NCBI GenBank assembly: GCA_964655705.1
Contig: CAZZPP010000001.1
Span: 90,534-154,533 of the forward strand
DNA from: an uncultured Candidatus Saccharibacteria bacterium
GTDB lineage: Bacteria; Patescibacteriota; Dojkabacteria; SC72
Length of the DNA: 64,000 nucleotides
Direction of reading: 5' to 3'
A program made the position numbers and the translations under genes. The notes beneath the pieces are model-generated. The model ran no database searches, was not told where the DNA came from, and saw nothing but the letters and a program-made list of their open reading frames with translations. Below, one piece after another: positions 39,568-49,436 of the stretch. The first letter of the stretch is position 1; each line of letters begins with the position of its first letter.

Positions 39568-41805
39568 TTGATTCAAATGCTAGATTTATCAATAATCATA
39601 ATAGGGGGTAGTAATTATCAAGAAACATATAAGACTTTAAGAAATATAAAGATTTTAAGGGACACTTGTAGTAAGAAAGTCCGACTTCATCTACTTCTTA
39701 ACAAAAATGTTGAAGAGGTTAATAAGATTACTAAAAAAGCAAAGGAACTTATAAATGACATTGAGATTCCAGTTGACACATTTTCAGACTTTTCAGAAAT
39801 CAGAGAGTATGTTACAAAAACTTGCGAGGAGAAGTACATCCTTTTTATTAATAGTGGGAATTATCTGTCACTAGATACTTTTAATAATTTCTATAAAATA
39901 TGTAATCTGTCTAATCATCAAATTTATCTTACTGAGAAAAAAGTTTTTTTTGAAAAAGAATACTATACAGAAGATAATATAGCATCGTCAGATACTTCCT
40001 TTAGCAATTTTTCATTTCTTATCCAAGATCTGTGGAATTTAAATCCATGGGGTAGTACCTTTTTCATTTCCAAAAAGGATCTTGAGGGTATTGAGCTTTC
40101 TAAAATCAACCATGAATTTAAAGTTGGGACCGAGATTATCACTTTTTTTTGCAATTGTCTAAGTAATGGGATGGAGTTTGTTATTATTCCCCAAACAATA
40201 TCATTTTACAGAAAAAATATGCAGTCACTTCGTTTGTCTAGTGATTATGTTACTCCCAAGATTGAGTTGTTTGCACCAGAGAACTTCGAAATTAAGAATC
40301 AGAGAATTATATCAGAGGTTTCAGAAAAGAACAGAAACCATTTAAAGAAAACACTACACCATTGGTTCCCCAAATTCTGTATTTTGTTCTCAAACTTTAA
40401 GAAAAAGTATGAATTTATTTTAGCGAAAATTAATGATAAAGAAGATAAGAGAAGCATTATTAAAAAGATTCCATCAGTGATATTTCCCAATTTATATCTT
40501 AAGATTTTTGTTATTAAAGAAAGAATTAAAAAGTTATTTGGAGAAAAAAACGAAAAACAATTCTATCCCTTATGGTTTGTGAACGAATGGAAGTTAATGA
40601 ACAACATAGAGCCAATTCTTTTCCCGCCAGAGAACAGAATATATGAAAAGGTGTTGTTAACAAATATCAACTTAGACAACTATTTGCAAGAAATGTACTC
40701 GCACTTCCCTTCTAATATAGATTATCTTATTGTTTGCCCTTGGTTGAAAAGAGGTGGTGCAGATAAATTGGCAATAAATTTGATAAAAGGAATTAAAAAA
40801 ATCTTTCCAAATAAAGAGGTTGGTTTATTACTTACAGAAAAAACTAATTCAGAAATAAAATCTATGTTACCTGAAGATATATATTTCTTTGATTTTGGGA
40901 ATAGTTTTCCAGACATAAATGCCCCTGAAAGAGAGGCTTTGCTGTTAAGGTTTATCATACAAAATAGTCCAAAGAAAACAATTAATATTAATTCACATTC
41001 TTTGTTTAATATCCTTCTTAAATATAGTAAACCTATATCGCTGTACACAAAAATATACTGTTTTTGTTTTAGTCCAAGTAAAGCTCCCAATGGTCAATTG
41101 ACAGGGTTTTCCTTTGATTTTATCCCATTTATCATAGATGATTTAGAAACGGTTTTTACAGATAACACTAATATCATCAATGTCTTAGTAGAGATGTTTG
41201 GTTTGGATAAGAATAAGTTCTCTGTTATTTATCAACCGGTAGAGATTGAAAAATATATTGAAAAGACATATATAGACAAGAGAGAATGGAATGTTCTATG
41301 GGCAAGTAGAATAGATTATGAAAAACTTCCAAGTGTTTTAGAAAAGATAATTGCAAAATCGTCAGGGAAAAATCTAGTATTTCATATATATGGAAACTCA
41401 CTTTTAGACAAGCAATTTCCTTTGAAAAGATTTAATAAATATAAACATGCTTTTACATATGGTGCCTATGTAGGTGGATTATCAGGTATTGATTATTCAA
41501 AATATGATATATTTCTTTATACATCAGAATTTGATGGTATGCCTAACACAGTTTTAGAAGCACTATCTTTGGGTATTCCAGTTATATCGTCAAATGTTGG
41601 AGGTATTAAAGAGGTGATAGAGGATGGAGTTACAGGTTTCCTGGTAGATGATATATATGATGAAACGAAGTATTTTGATTTATTAGAAAGAGTAATAGAG
41701 AGGAAAAATGATTTGAATAGGATAAGGTTAAATGCAAGTAAGAAACTTAATAATCAACATTCTTGGGATGTTTATCTTGACAGACTAAAGGAAATATTAG
41801 CATAA
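39568..41805 (+). CDS. Glycosyltransferase with C-terminal GT4 domain and degenerate N-terminal GT domain
   Basis: RGGADK, WASRIDYEK, TSEFDGMPNTVLEA, SNVGGI. Confidence 0.8.
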   Translation: MIQMLDLSIIIIGGSNYQETYKTLRNIKILRDTCSKKVRLHLLLNKNVEEVNKITKKAKELINDIEIPVDTFSDFSEIREYVTKTCEEKYILFINSGNYLSLDTFNNFYKICNLSNHQIYLTEKKVFFEKEYYTEDNIASSDTSFSNFSFLIQDLWNLNPWGSTFFISKKDLEGIELSKINHEFKVGTEIITFFCNCLSNGMEFVIIPQTISFYRKNMQSLRLSSDYVTPKIELFAPENFEIKNQRIISEVSEKNRNHLKKTLHHWFPKFCILFSNFKKKYEFILAKINDKEDKRSIIKKIPSVIFPNLYLKIFVIKERIKKLFGEKNEKQFYPLWFVNEWKLMNNIEPILFPPENRIYEKVLLTNINLDNYLQEMYSHFPSNIDYLIVCPWLKRGGADKLAINLIKGIKKIFPNKEVGLLLTEKTNSEIKSMLPEDIYFFDFGNSFPDINAPEREALLLRFIIQNSPKKTININSHSLFNILLKYSKPISLYTKIYCFCFSPSKAPNGQLTGFSFDFIPFIIDDLETVFTDNTNIINVLVEMFGLDKNKFSVIYQPVEIEKYIEKTYIDKREWNVLWASRIDYEKLPSVLEKIIAKSSGKNLVFHIYGNSLLDKQFPLKRFNKYKHAFTYGAYVGGLSGIDYSKYDIFLYTSEFDGMPNTVLEALSLGIPVISSNVGGIKEVIEDGVTGFLVDDIYDETKYFDLLERVIERKNDLNRIRLNASKKLNNQHSWDVYLDRLKEILA

Positions 41806-41811
41806 CAAAAT

Positions 41812-42450
41812 ATGAAAGAAAAAGAATTCTCAAAATTTTTGATTAATAATTCTCCAAATACTGATTTTGTGTCAAAACTGAAAATAAAATATAGACCATA
41901 TATTTGTCCTTTTGACACTATATTAGATATGGTTGGAGATCAAAAAAAAGTTTTTGATATTGGATGTGGATCAGGAATGTTTCTATCTCTATATGCCGAG
42001 TATAAAAGACCGATTAAAATTGGAGGAGTAGAAGTTGATGAGAAGCTGATTGCTAATAGTAAAATATTACTTCAAAAATATAAGGTACCAAAGTATCTTG
42101 AAGTATATGATGGAAAAGAAATCCCAAATGAAATATCTGATTATAATTTTATAACTCTGATTGATGTTTTACATCATATCTCCCCAACAGATCAAAAGAA
42201 TTTTCTTGAAAGAATAATTGAAAAAATGTCGAAAGGAAGTATTTTAATAGTTAAGGATATAGATAGAGACAGCCCATTAGTAATTTTTAATAAAATTCAT
42301 GACTTAATATTTTCCAAGGAAGTGAGTTATGAATTGAGTTACAAAGAGTTGAAATCAGATATTTCTAAAAAAGGTTTAGAAATAGTGAAGAGTTTTAAGA
42401 AAACAAAGATAGTGTATCCCCATTACTTTTTATTAATAAAGAAGATATGA
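41812..42450 (+). CDS. Class I SAM-dependent methyltransferase
   Basis: VFDIGCGSG, IDVLHHI. Confidence 0.85.
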   Translation: MKEKEFSKFLINNSPNTDFVSKLKIKYRPYICPFDTILDMVGDQKKVFDIGCGSGMFLSLYAEYKRPIKIGGVEVDEKLIANSKILLQKYKVPKYLEVYDGKEIPNEISDYNFITLIDVLHHISPTDQKNFLERIIEKMSKGSILIVKDIDRDSPLVIFNKIHDLIFSKEVSYELSYKELKSDISKKGLEIVKSFKKTKIVYPHYFLLIKKI

Positions 42451-42881
42451 GAAAAGAATATACATTCTTAAGATATTTTCTTGTTGGTATATCTACCGTT
42501 GCAATAGATTATTTTTTGTATTTAATCCTAATAAAATTTCAATTAGAAGAGGTTTTTGCAAATGTTATATCTGTTTTTGTGTCAGTAATATTTAATTTTT
42601 TAATGCAAAATTATTGGTCTTTTAGGGCAGGGGGGGCAGAAAAAATAAAGAAAATAACAAAATATATAGTTATAACTACATTTAATTATTTTTTTAATGT
42701 CATTGCATTTTATTTTCTATTTGAAGAGTTTTTATTTGAAAAATTATTTAACAATATATGTAGTTTAAATATGAGTTTCCTGCCAGAAGGAGTAATGACC
42801 AAATTTTTTATTGCAGGAATAATTATGTGTTGGAACTATTTTATCTTTAAGTATTGGGTATTTAAAAAAAATGAACCTTAA
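42447..42881 (+). CDS. GtrA-family lipid-sugar flippase
   Basis: RYFLVG..DY, NFLMQNYWSF, WNYFIFKYWVF. Confidence 0.85.
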   Translation: MRKEYTFLRYFLVGISTVAIDYFLYLILIKFQLEEVFANVISVFVSVIFNFLMQNYWSFRAGGAEKIKKITKYIVITTFNYFFNVIAFYFLFEEFLFEKLFNNICSLNMSFLPEGVMTKFFIAGIIMCWNYFIFKYWVFKKNEP

Positions 42882-43416
42882 ATTTTATACAAAATTTTGG
42901 TTAAAAACTGATAAAAAAGAGATCCCAACACAAGTAATTGATTCTATATATGAAATAGATTGGAAAAATGTTCAAAAACGTTTTAAGGTAATTGTTTTTG
43001 ATTTAGATGATACACTTGGAGAACATGGGGGAGAAATATCTAGTGTAAGTTTAAATCTGCTTTCAAGACTAAATAAAGATGGTTTAAGAGTAGTTATTTT
43101 ATCAAATTGTCGTACCTCAAGAGAAAGTATATTAAGAAATAGCCTAAAGAATTTGAAGGTTGATATTATTAGTAATTCTGATAAGCCAAACCCGGATAAT
43201 TATTGCAAGGTTATTAAGAAGTTAAAGGCATTACCTTCTGAATGTATAGTAGTTGGTGATAGGGTTGCGACGGATCTTTTTGGAGCATTTATATGTGATA
43301 TACCAGAGAGAATTTTAGTCAAACCATATTCAGAAGTGTTTGGGGGTAAAAAACCTGGAGTTATCTATAGAACTGCTAGGATGATTGAAAACTTCTGTTC
43401 TAAAGATAAAGAATAA
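42871..43416 (+). CDS. HAD-IIIA (YqeG-like) phosphatase
   Basis: FDLDDTL, LSN, KP, VGDRVATD. Confidence 0.85.
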   Translation: MNLKFYTKFWLKTDKKEIPTQVIDSIYEIDWKNVQKRFKVIVFDLDDTLGEHGGEISSVSLNLLSRLNKDGLRVVILSNCRTSRESILRNSLKNLKVDIISNSDKPNPDNYCKVIKKLKALPSECIVVGDRVATDLFGAFICDIPERILVKPYSEVFGGKKPGVIYRTARMIENFCSKDKE

Positions 43417-44275
43417 TAGCAAAAGTAATAATCCACCCTAAGATACTAATTTGAATTATTCTATCTTTAAAGAGAGTATCTGTGGGGGAGCCACTTTTTT
43501 CAAAAGTAATGGATAATTGTAAATATCTTAATATCCCCATTAACACAAATATCGAAGTTATAAATATATTATCTGATTTGTATCTTATTATTGTTTGTTC
43601 TGAAAGTGTATACATTAAATATGATACTAATGTTACGGCAGAGGTTATTACTAAGATAGAATCGACAAATTGAAGGTTATATCCATCTACAGACTTTCTC
43701 ATGCTCCTTCCGGTTTTTTGAGCTATTAATAAATCATCTCGTCTTTTCGCAAATCCAAGAAATAGTGCAAGTAAAAAGGTCATAATAATAATCCAAGAAT
43801 TAATTCTTATATCACCGGATGCACCTCCAATAAGTATTCTAATAACGAAACCAAGAGCAATAGTAAACACATCAATAATACCAATATGCTTAATCCAGAA
43901 AGTATATAGAATATTAATTGCAGTATAAGTTAAAAATAGGTATAAAACGTCTAGGTTGTTAAAGAATAGGGCAATTAAAATTCCAGAGACAAAGAAGATA
44001 AAGGAAATAGTTTGAGCTTCTTTTACAGATACTTTACCAGAGGCTAAAGGTCGATTTTTCTTTTCAGGATGTTTTTTATCATTTTTGATATCAACGATAT
44101 CATTTAATATATATATTGAACTTGAAACTAGACAAAAGGCGAAAAAAGCAATTAAGTTCTTTTCAAGAATATTAATATCTAGGAACTTAAGGCCAAAAAA
44201 TGTAGGTAGGAAAATAAAGAGATTCTTAACATAATGTTTAATTCTCACTAGTTTCATAAAATCTTTAAGTTCCAT
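43400..44275 (-). CDS. UbiA-family polyprenyl-phosphate phosphoribosyltransferase (Rv3806c-like)
   Basis: KNLFIF, YILNDIVD..D..HPEKKNRPLASG, GFVIR, FAKRRD, GSPTD. Confidence 0.85.
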   Translation of the reverse strand: MELKDFMKLVRIKHYVKNLFIFLPTFFGLKFLDINILEKNLIAFFAFCLVSSSIYILNDIVDIKNDKKHPEKKNRPLASGKVSVKEAQTISFIFFVSGILIALFFNNLDVLYLFLTYTAINILYTFWIKHIGIIDVFTIALGFVIRILIGGASGDIRINSWIIIMTFLLALFLGFAKRRDDLLIAQKTGRSMRKSVDGYNLQFVDSILVITSAVTLVSYLMYTLSEQTIIRYKSDNIFITSIFVLMGILRYLQLSITFEKSGSPTDTLFKDRIIQISILGWIITFAIILYL

Positions 44276-44351
44276 CACAGAGAATATCAAATATTGCTTT
44301 CTTCTTCAACCTAAAATATAATTTTGTATCTAATCAGATTGTTTTTATCAT

Positions 44352-46046
44352 ATGACAATAAAAAACTTTTTTAGCGACAGGAAAAATATAGCTGATATAC
44401 TACTATTTTTAACTTCTCATATATTATTACTGTCATTTTTTATTTTACTTATTACTAGTGTTTTTTTCTTTCTTGGTGGTGTAATAAATGTTTTTATTTT
44501 TCCGCTATCTTTTCTATTAAGTAGTATTATTTGTTCTATTTATTACAAAGGATTTTTTAAAAAAGGTTCAGTTATTAATATTATTATAGCGACACTTCTC
44601 TTGGTTCTTATTTACGTCACTTCATATTTTTTAGCTGACAATTTTTATGATATATCTTGGGATGGACAAGAGTATCATCAGGAAATAATTATTCAGCTTT
44701 CTGAAAACGAATGGAATCCTATTAAAGAAGATGTTCCTGAATCCGTAGATGAATATATGAAACCATGGGTGAAGCATTACCCTAAGAGCTCAGAGATATT
44801 AGCATCGTCCGTATTTGAAATTACGAATTTTATAGAATCTGGGAAAATTTTTAACCTACTTTTTATATTTACATCCTTCTTTCTCATTTTGGGACTTATT
44901 TTGAAATATTCTAGTATTAGCTTATTTATAGCAATATTATTATCTTTTTCTAGTGCTTTTAGTCCCGTATCAGTATATCAATCTCTTTCATATTATGTAG
45001 ATGGTCAAGTGGCTTCTATGGCGCTGATACTCTTTGGCTTAATTTTCCTTATTATCAAATCAAAAAATGAAAAACACCTTATTCTTTGGATAAGTGCAAT
45101 GGTACTTTTAATCAATCTTAAATTTACAGGGGTAGCATTTACAGGTTTGGCTTGTATATGTTTGCTTGGTTTCTCATTATTTCAAGAGAACAAAAGATTT
45201 ATAAAAAAGATATTCTTAGCAGAGATTATTGGAGTAGTGATAGCTATTTTTCTTGTTGGCTTTAGTCCATATATTGAAAACACATATGAAAAAGGACATC
45301 CATTTTATCCATTGGGTGGAAGGGAGGCAAGAGATATCACCTCTGGAATTACACCGATTGAGATAGTTGAATTAAAAGGGGTTAGAAGGTTTGTTGTATC
45401 ATACTTTACATTAACTAATGACGGGGAAAGAATATATCCGAGATTACCATTTATACCGAACCCAAATTTAGGACAATTCCCAAGAACTTATGGAGATGCT
45501 CGTGTAAGTGGAGAGGGTTTGTTCTTTATGGAAATCTTCATTATTGCAGCACTATTATTTTTTAAGATACTACTTGTAGATAGAGATAAGAAAAGAAATT
45601 TTTATCTGTTGATTTCCCTATTCTTCCTGATTGTAGGAGTAGTAGTTGTTCCTGACAATTGGTGGGCGAGATATGTTCCTTTTCTTTATTTGATACCTTG
45701 GACTATTTTAGTGTTTTCTATTTGGGATAAAAAGAAAATGTGTTTTCTTTCACAATTATTACTTTTTGTAATGCTTCTAAATAGTTGTACAGAAATTGTA
45801 AAGTATATTAAACCTCAAATTTATTCAACACAAGTAATAAATTATGTAATAGAGGAAGCAAATTCTTCATCTGATTCAGTTGTAGTATTCTCTCCATCTG
45901 GATTCTTTTATAACAATATTGAGAGATTTGTGGAGAATGGGATAGATTATGAAATAGTTAAAGATGAAACTAAATGGTTGTCTATTGAGGGAGAATTATA
46001 TACATTCCCAAATTCAGATTTATTTATTAAAATATTTAAGGAATAA
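44352..46046 (+). CDS. Multi-pass membrane protein, probable GT-C glycosyltransferase
   Basis: SWDGQEYH first-loop Asp, HYPK, YVDG, KFTG, WWARY; many TMs. Confidence 0.6.
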   Translation: MTIKNFFSDRKNIADILLFLTSHILLLSFFILLITSVFFFLGGVINVFIFPLSFLLSSIICSIYYKGFFKKGSVINIIIATLLLVLIYVTSYFLADNFYDISWDGQEYHQEIIIQLSENEWNPIKEDVPESVDEYMKPWVKHYPKSSEILASSVFEITNFIESGKIFNLLFIFTSFFLILGLILKYSSISLFIAILLSFSSAFSPVSVYQSLSYYVDGQVASMALILFGLIFLIIKSKNEKHLILWISAMVLLINLKFTGVAFTGLACICLLGFSLFQENKRFIKKIFLAEIIGVVIAIFLVGFSPYIENTYEKGHPFYPLGGREARDITSGITPIEIVELKGVRRFVVSYFTLTNDGERIYPRLPFIPNPNLGQFPRTYGDARVSGEGLFFMEIFIIAALLFFKILLVDRDKKRNFYLLISLFFLIVGVVVVPDNWWARYVPFLYLIPWTILVFSIWDKKKMCFLSQLLLFVMLLNSCTEIVKYIKPQIYSTQVINYVIEEANSSSDSVVVFSPSGFFYNNIERFVENGIDYEIVKDETKWLSIEGELYTFPNSDLFIKIFKE

Positions 46047-46085
46047 GCAACTTTATGAATGAAGCAAATCTGAAATATTATAATA

Positions 46086-46877
46086 TTATCGCATTTGATC
46101 AGTAACATACTCAGTATTCATTATTCTCCAGTAGTCAGGGCCATACTTTTTACCTAGAACTAAGTCCATATTTTTTTGTGCCAATCTTTCTCTTTTGTTT
46201 GATGTCATATTCATTCTTTTCATCTTATACCCAACATTTGTTTCTTTACGAACTTGAATGCTCTCGTCAATCCAAATTGTTCTCCCTGATTTTCTTGCCA
46301 AATAGCAGGTTTCTACATCAATACCCCATGCATATGTGAGTTCTTTATCAAATCTCCCAATGCTATTAAACCAATCTGCTCTATAAAGAGAACATATATT
46401 ATCAATAAAGAAAGTTTGCCTAAATTGCACTTTAGTACTCCTATTTTTTAAATGATTCCAATATGTTGTAGAATCTTCTGTTAATGATGCATGAACTCCA
46501 ATTGCATTGTCATCTTGTAATAATTGTTTAATCATTGAAGAAACAGGTTTCTTTGTTTGTTTAACGAATTCTGTGCTAGTAATTAAGAACATATATGCAA
46601 AATAGTTAAAATATTTTTTATCTGATTGCGCTAATCCTTTTAACTATCCATTTGTTGTTTGGACATTGTTTTTAATAAACACATTAGTTTTCTTTGAGGG
46701 TTTTGTTAAATCAGAGCCATTATCTATTAGATAAATATCGATTGGCCAGGTTTCATTCTTTTTCAAGTAATCATAAAGAGCTTCAGCTCTTTCATTCATA
46801 TTGTAATTTACAATAAATACTGCAACTTTTTTTGTTTTCCAATTGATTAATTTTTTAATCCGATCTCTTGACCCCAT
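46086..46877 (-). pseudogene. GT2-like gene interrupted by one in-frame TAG (46644-46646)
   Basis: ORFs 46644-46916 and 46086-46592 share a frame, joined by 17 sense codons; IVNYN/LIDNGSD in part 1, FDKELTYAWGID in part 2. Confidence 0.75.
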
Positions 46878-47067
46878 AAGTGTGTAAAGAATAGAAATAT
46901 TATAATTATTACACAAATTGCATTAATTGTAATCAATATCTAAAACCCTGACTTTTCCAAAGGTGAAAACTGTTTGCTTGTTTTGTTTTTAAGTTGTAAA
47001 AAAAATATACTCTATAGTACCCTATATTAGTTCTACTAAGGCTATCTAACTTTATCTATATATAAAC

Positions 47068-48081
47068 ATGAAAATCCTAGTAACAGGTGGTGCAGGCTTT
47101 ATTGGCTCCTACTTTATCAAATATTGGCTATCTAAATATCCTAATGACAGTATTACTAATTTAGATAAATTAACATACTGTGGAAATTTAGAAAACCTTA
47201 AAGAAGTAGAAAACAACCCCAATTACAAATTTGTAAAAGGAGACATATGTGACAAAGAATTAGTAATGGAAATAACAAAAGGAATAGATCTCATTGTACA
47301 CTTCGCTGCAGAATCCCATGTAGACAGAAGTATAGAAGGACCACAAGAATTTGTAAAAACAAATGTAGAAGGAACACTAAACCTACTAGAAGCAGCCCTT
47401 GCAAATGGAAATATTAGATTCCATCACGTATCAACAGATGAAGTATTTGGAGAACTACCACTAGATGACCCTAACGCTAAGTTTAGTGAAACAACCCCAT
47501 ACTCACCTAAAAGTGTATACTCAGCATCTAAAGCTAGCTCAGACCACCTAGTAAGAGCATATTACCATACACACAAACTACCCATTACAATATCCAACTG
47601 TTCTAACAACTACGGACCTAACCAATTCCCAGAAAAATTAATACCCCTAGCAATAACAAGAGCAATAATGGATGAAGAAATACCAGTATATGGGCAAGGA
47701 ACCCAAGTAAGAGACTGGATACACGTAGAAGACCATTGTAAGGGTATAGAGATGTGTATTCAAAAGGGAGAGATAGGACAAACATATCTATTTGGAGGTA
47801 ATGGAGAGAAACAAAATATATGGATAATTAAAAAGATCCTCGAATATCTAGACAAACCCCAATCCCTAATTGTACATGTAGGAGATAGAAAGGGACATGA
47901 CCTAAGATATGCAATAGATTTTAGTAAATCAAAACAAGAGTTAGGATATATTCCTACTAAATCTGTAGACCAATGGCTAAAAGATACAGTACAGTGGTAT
48001 GTAAACAACCAAGATTGGTGGAAACCACTTAAACCACAAGCAGATATACAAGCAGAGAGATACCTAGAAAAGAGAATATAA
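47068..48081 (+). CDS. rmlB: dTDP-glucose 4,6-dehydratase
   Basis: GGAGFIG, HFAAESHVDRSI, STDEVFG, YSASK, NNYGPNQFPEK. Confidence 0.96.
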   Translation: MKILVTGGAGFIGSYFIKYWLSKYPNDSITNLDKLTYCGNLENLKEVENNPNYKFVKGDICDKELVMEITKGIDLIVHFAAESHVDRSIEGPQEFVKTNVEGTLNLLEAALANGNIRFHHVSTDEVFGELPLDDPNAKFSETTPYSPKSVYSASKASSDHLVRAYYHTHKLPITISNCSNNYGPNQFPEKLIPLAITRAIMDEEIPVYGQGTQVRDWIHVEDHCKGIEMCIQKGEIGQTYLFGGNGEKQNIWIIKKILEYLDKPQSLIVHVGDRKGHDLRYAIDFSKSKQELGYIPTKSVDQWLKDTVQWYVNNQDWWKPLKPQADIQAERYLEKRI

Positions 48082-48091
48082 ATATATAAAA

Positions 48092-48290
48092 TCCATAAAT
48101 TTGGCCTAATTTGTGGAATCAATTCCTTGAATTAGGCCTAAAATATACAGTTAAATGTTGAAAAAGGCTGAAATGATTGTAAATACCGGATAAATTGGAA
48201 TGTGTATATAGTATTAAAGTGTTGACAATCGTACAAATTAGGCGTAATATGTACGATATAACGTACAAATTAAGCATAAAATATGCAGTA
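48092..48290. repeat. Degenerate ~32-bp periodic palindromic array overlapping a TTGACA-N17-TAATAT promoter
   Basis: Units centred on GGCC 48103 and 48135, GGCT 48166, GGAA 48197, GGCG 48241, AGCA 48273; CGTACAAATTA(G/A)GC repeated at 48230 and 48262. Confidence 0.6.
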
Positions 48291-49419
48291 TAAAATTAAA
48301 AGAACAATAGAAGGATCAATCAGAAACGACTTTTTTAAAGGGAAAGTTATAATCATAGCAGGACCTAGACAAGTTGGTAAAACTACCCTTGTTGAACATC
48401 TTCTTAAGAATTCTACAAATGTAATTACATTTAATGGTGATAGCAGGAAAGATCGTAACTCTCTTGCTAAAAATGATTTTGAGTTTATGAATAAGCTTAT
48501 CGGTGAAAATGAGATTGTATTTATTGACGAAGCTCAAAAGGTAGAAGAAATCGGAAATACTCTTAAACTATTAGTAGATAAGTATAAAGAAGAGAAACAA
48601 ATAATAGCTACAGGCTCTTCTAGTCTTAATCTCTTATCTAATACTTCAGAACCTTTAACAGGCAGGAAGTTTGTATACGAATTATATCCATTATCAGTTG
48701 GTGAGATATATTCTCAAAGACATCCTCTTGATTTAGATAAGGAATTAGAGAACTTGTTAATATATGGTTCGTACCCAGATATATATAATGGGAGTCTTAA
48801 ACTAAAGGAGAATCGTCTTGTTGAAATTTCCAGAAGTTATCTATACAAAGATATCTTAGAATTGGAAGAGGTAAGGAATTCCTCTTCGATTGACAAGCTT
48901 CTTTCGGCATTAGCTTTGCAAATTGGCTCAGAAGTATCACTTAGGGAATTAAGTAACCTTTTAAATTTACATATTGGTACAGTAGAAAGATATATTGATC
49001 TATTAGAAAAAAACTACGTAATCTTTAGATTGCCACCATATTACACTAATGAAAGAAAAGTACTTTCTAAACAAAACAAAATATATTTCTATGACTTAGG
49101 TATTAGAAATGCGTTAATAAATAATTTTAATCCATTAAGTAAAAGAAATGATAGAGGGGCTCTATGGGAAAATTTTCTCATTATTGAAAGGATGAAATTA
49201 AATGCATATACCAATAGATATGTCTCTAAATTCTTCTGGAGAACATATGATGGAGCTGAGATTGACTATATCGAAAAATATGCAGATTCTCTAGATGGTT
49301 TTGAATTTAAATGGAGTAAGGTTAAGAATGCTCCTAAAAGTTGGCTTGAATATACCAATGCCAAATATGAGTTAATAAATATGGACAATTTTAAGAAGTT
49401 TTTAAAGATATCTAAATAA
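48283..49419 (+). CDS. AAA+ ATPase (AAA_14) with DUF4143 / PD-(D/E)XK-like C-terminus
   Basis: GPRQVGKTT, IDEAQ, TGSS, LTGR, KIYFYDLGIRN, EIDYI..FEFKW. Confidence 0.88.
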   Translation: MQYKIKRTIEGSIRNDFFKGKVIIIAGPRQVGKTTLVEHLLKNSTNVITFNGDSRKDRNSLAKNDFEFMNKLIGENEIVFIDEAQKVEEIGNTLKLLVDKYKEEKQIIATGSSSLNLLSNTSEPLTGRKFVYELYPLSVGEIYSQRHPLDLDKELENLLIYGSYPDIYNGSLKLKENRLVEISRSYLYKDILELEEVRNSSSIDKLLSALALQIGSEVSLRELSNLLNLHIGTVERYIDLLEKNYVIFRLPPYYTNERKVLSKQNKIYFYDLGIRNALINNFNPLSKRNDRGALWENFLIIERMKLNAYTNRYVSKFFWRTYDGAEIDYIEKYADSLDGFEFKWSKVKNAPKSWLEYTNAKYELINMDNFKKFLKISK

Positions 49420-49436
49420 TATTTAAAAATACAAAT

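Noticed and set aside
42630-42636. G7 tract in gtrA as a phase-variation switch
   Set aside because: Short and in frame; a G7 also occurs in essential lysS (5990-5996).
46644-46646. TAG reassignment or pyrrolysine
   Set aside because: Single case; TAG terminates trmD, serS, dsbA and others normally, and no suppressor machinery is visible.
48092-48290. Mini-CRISPR interpretation of the 32-bp array
   Set aside because: Units are degenerate and contiguous, with no unique spacers and no cas genes.
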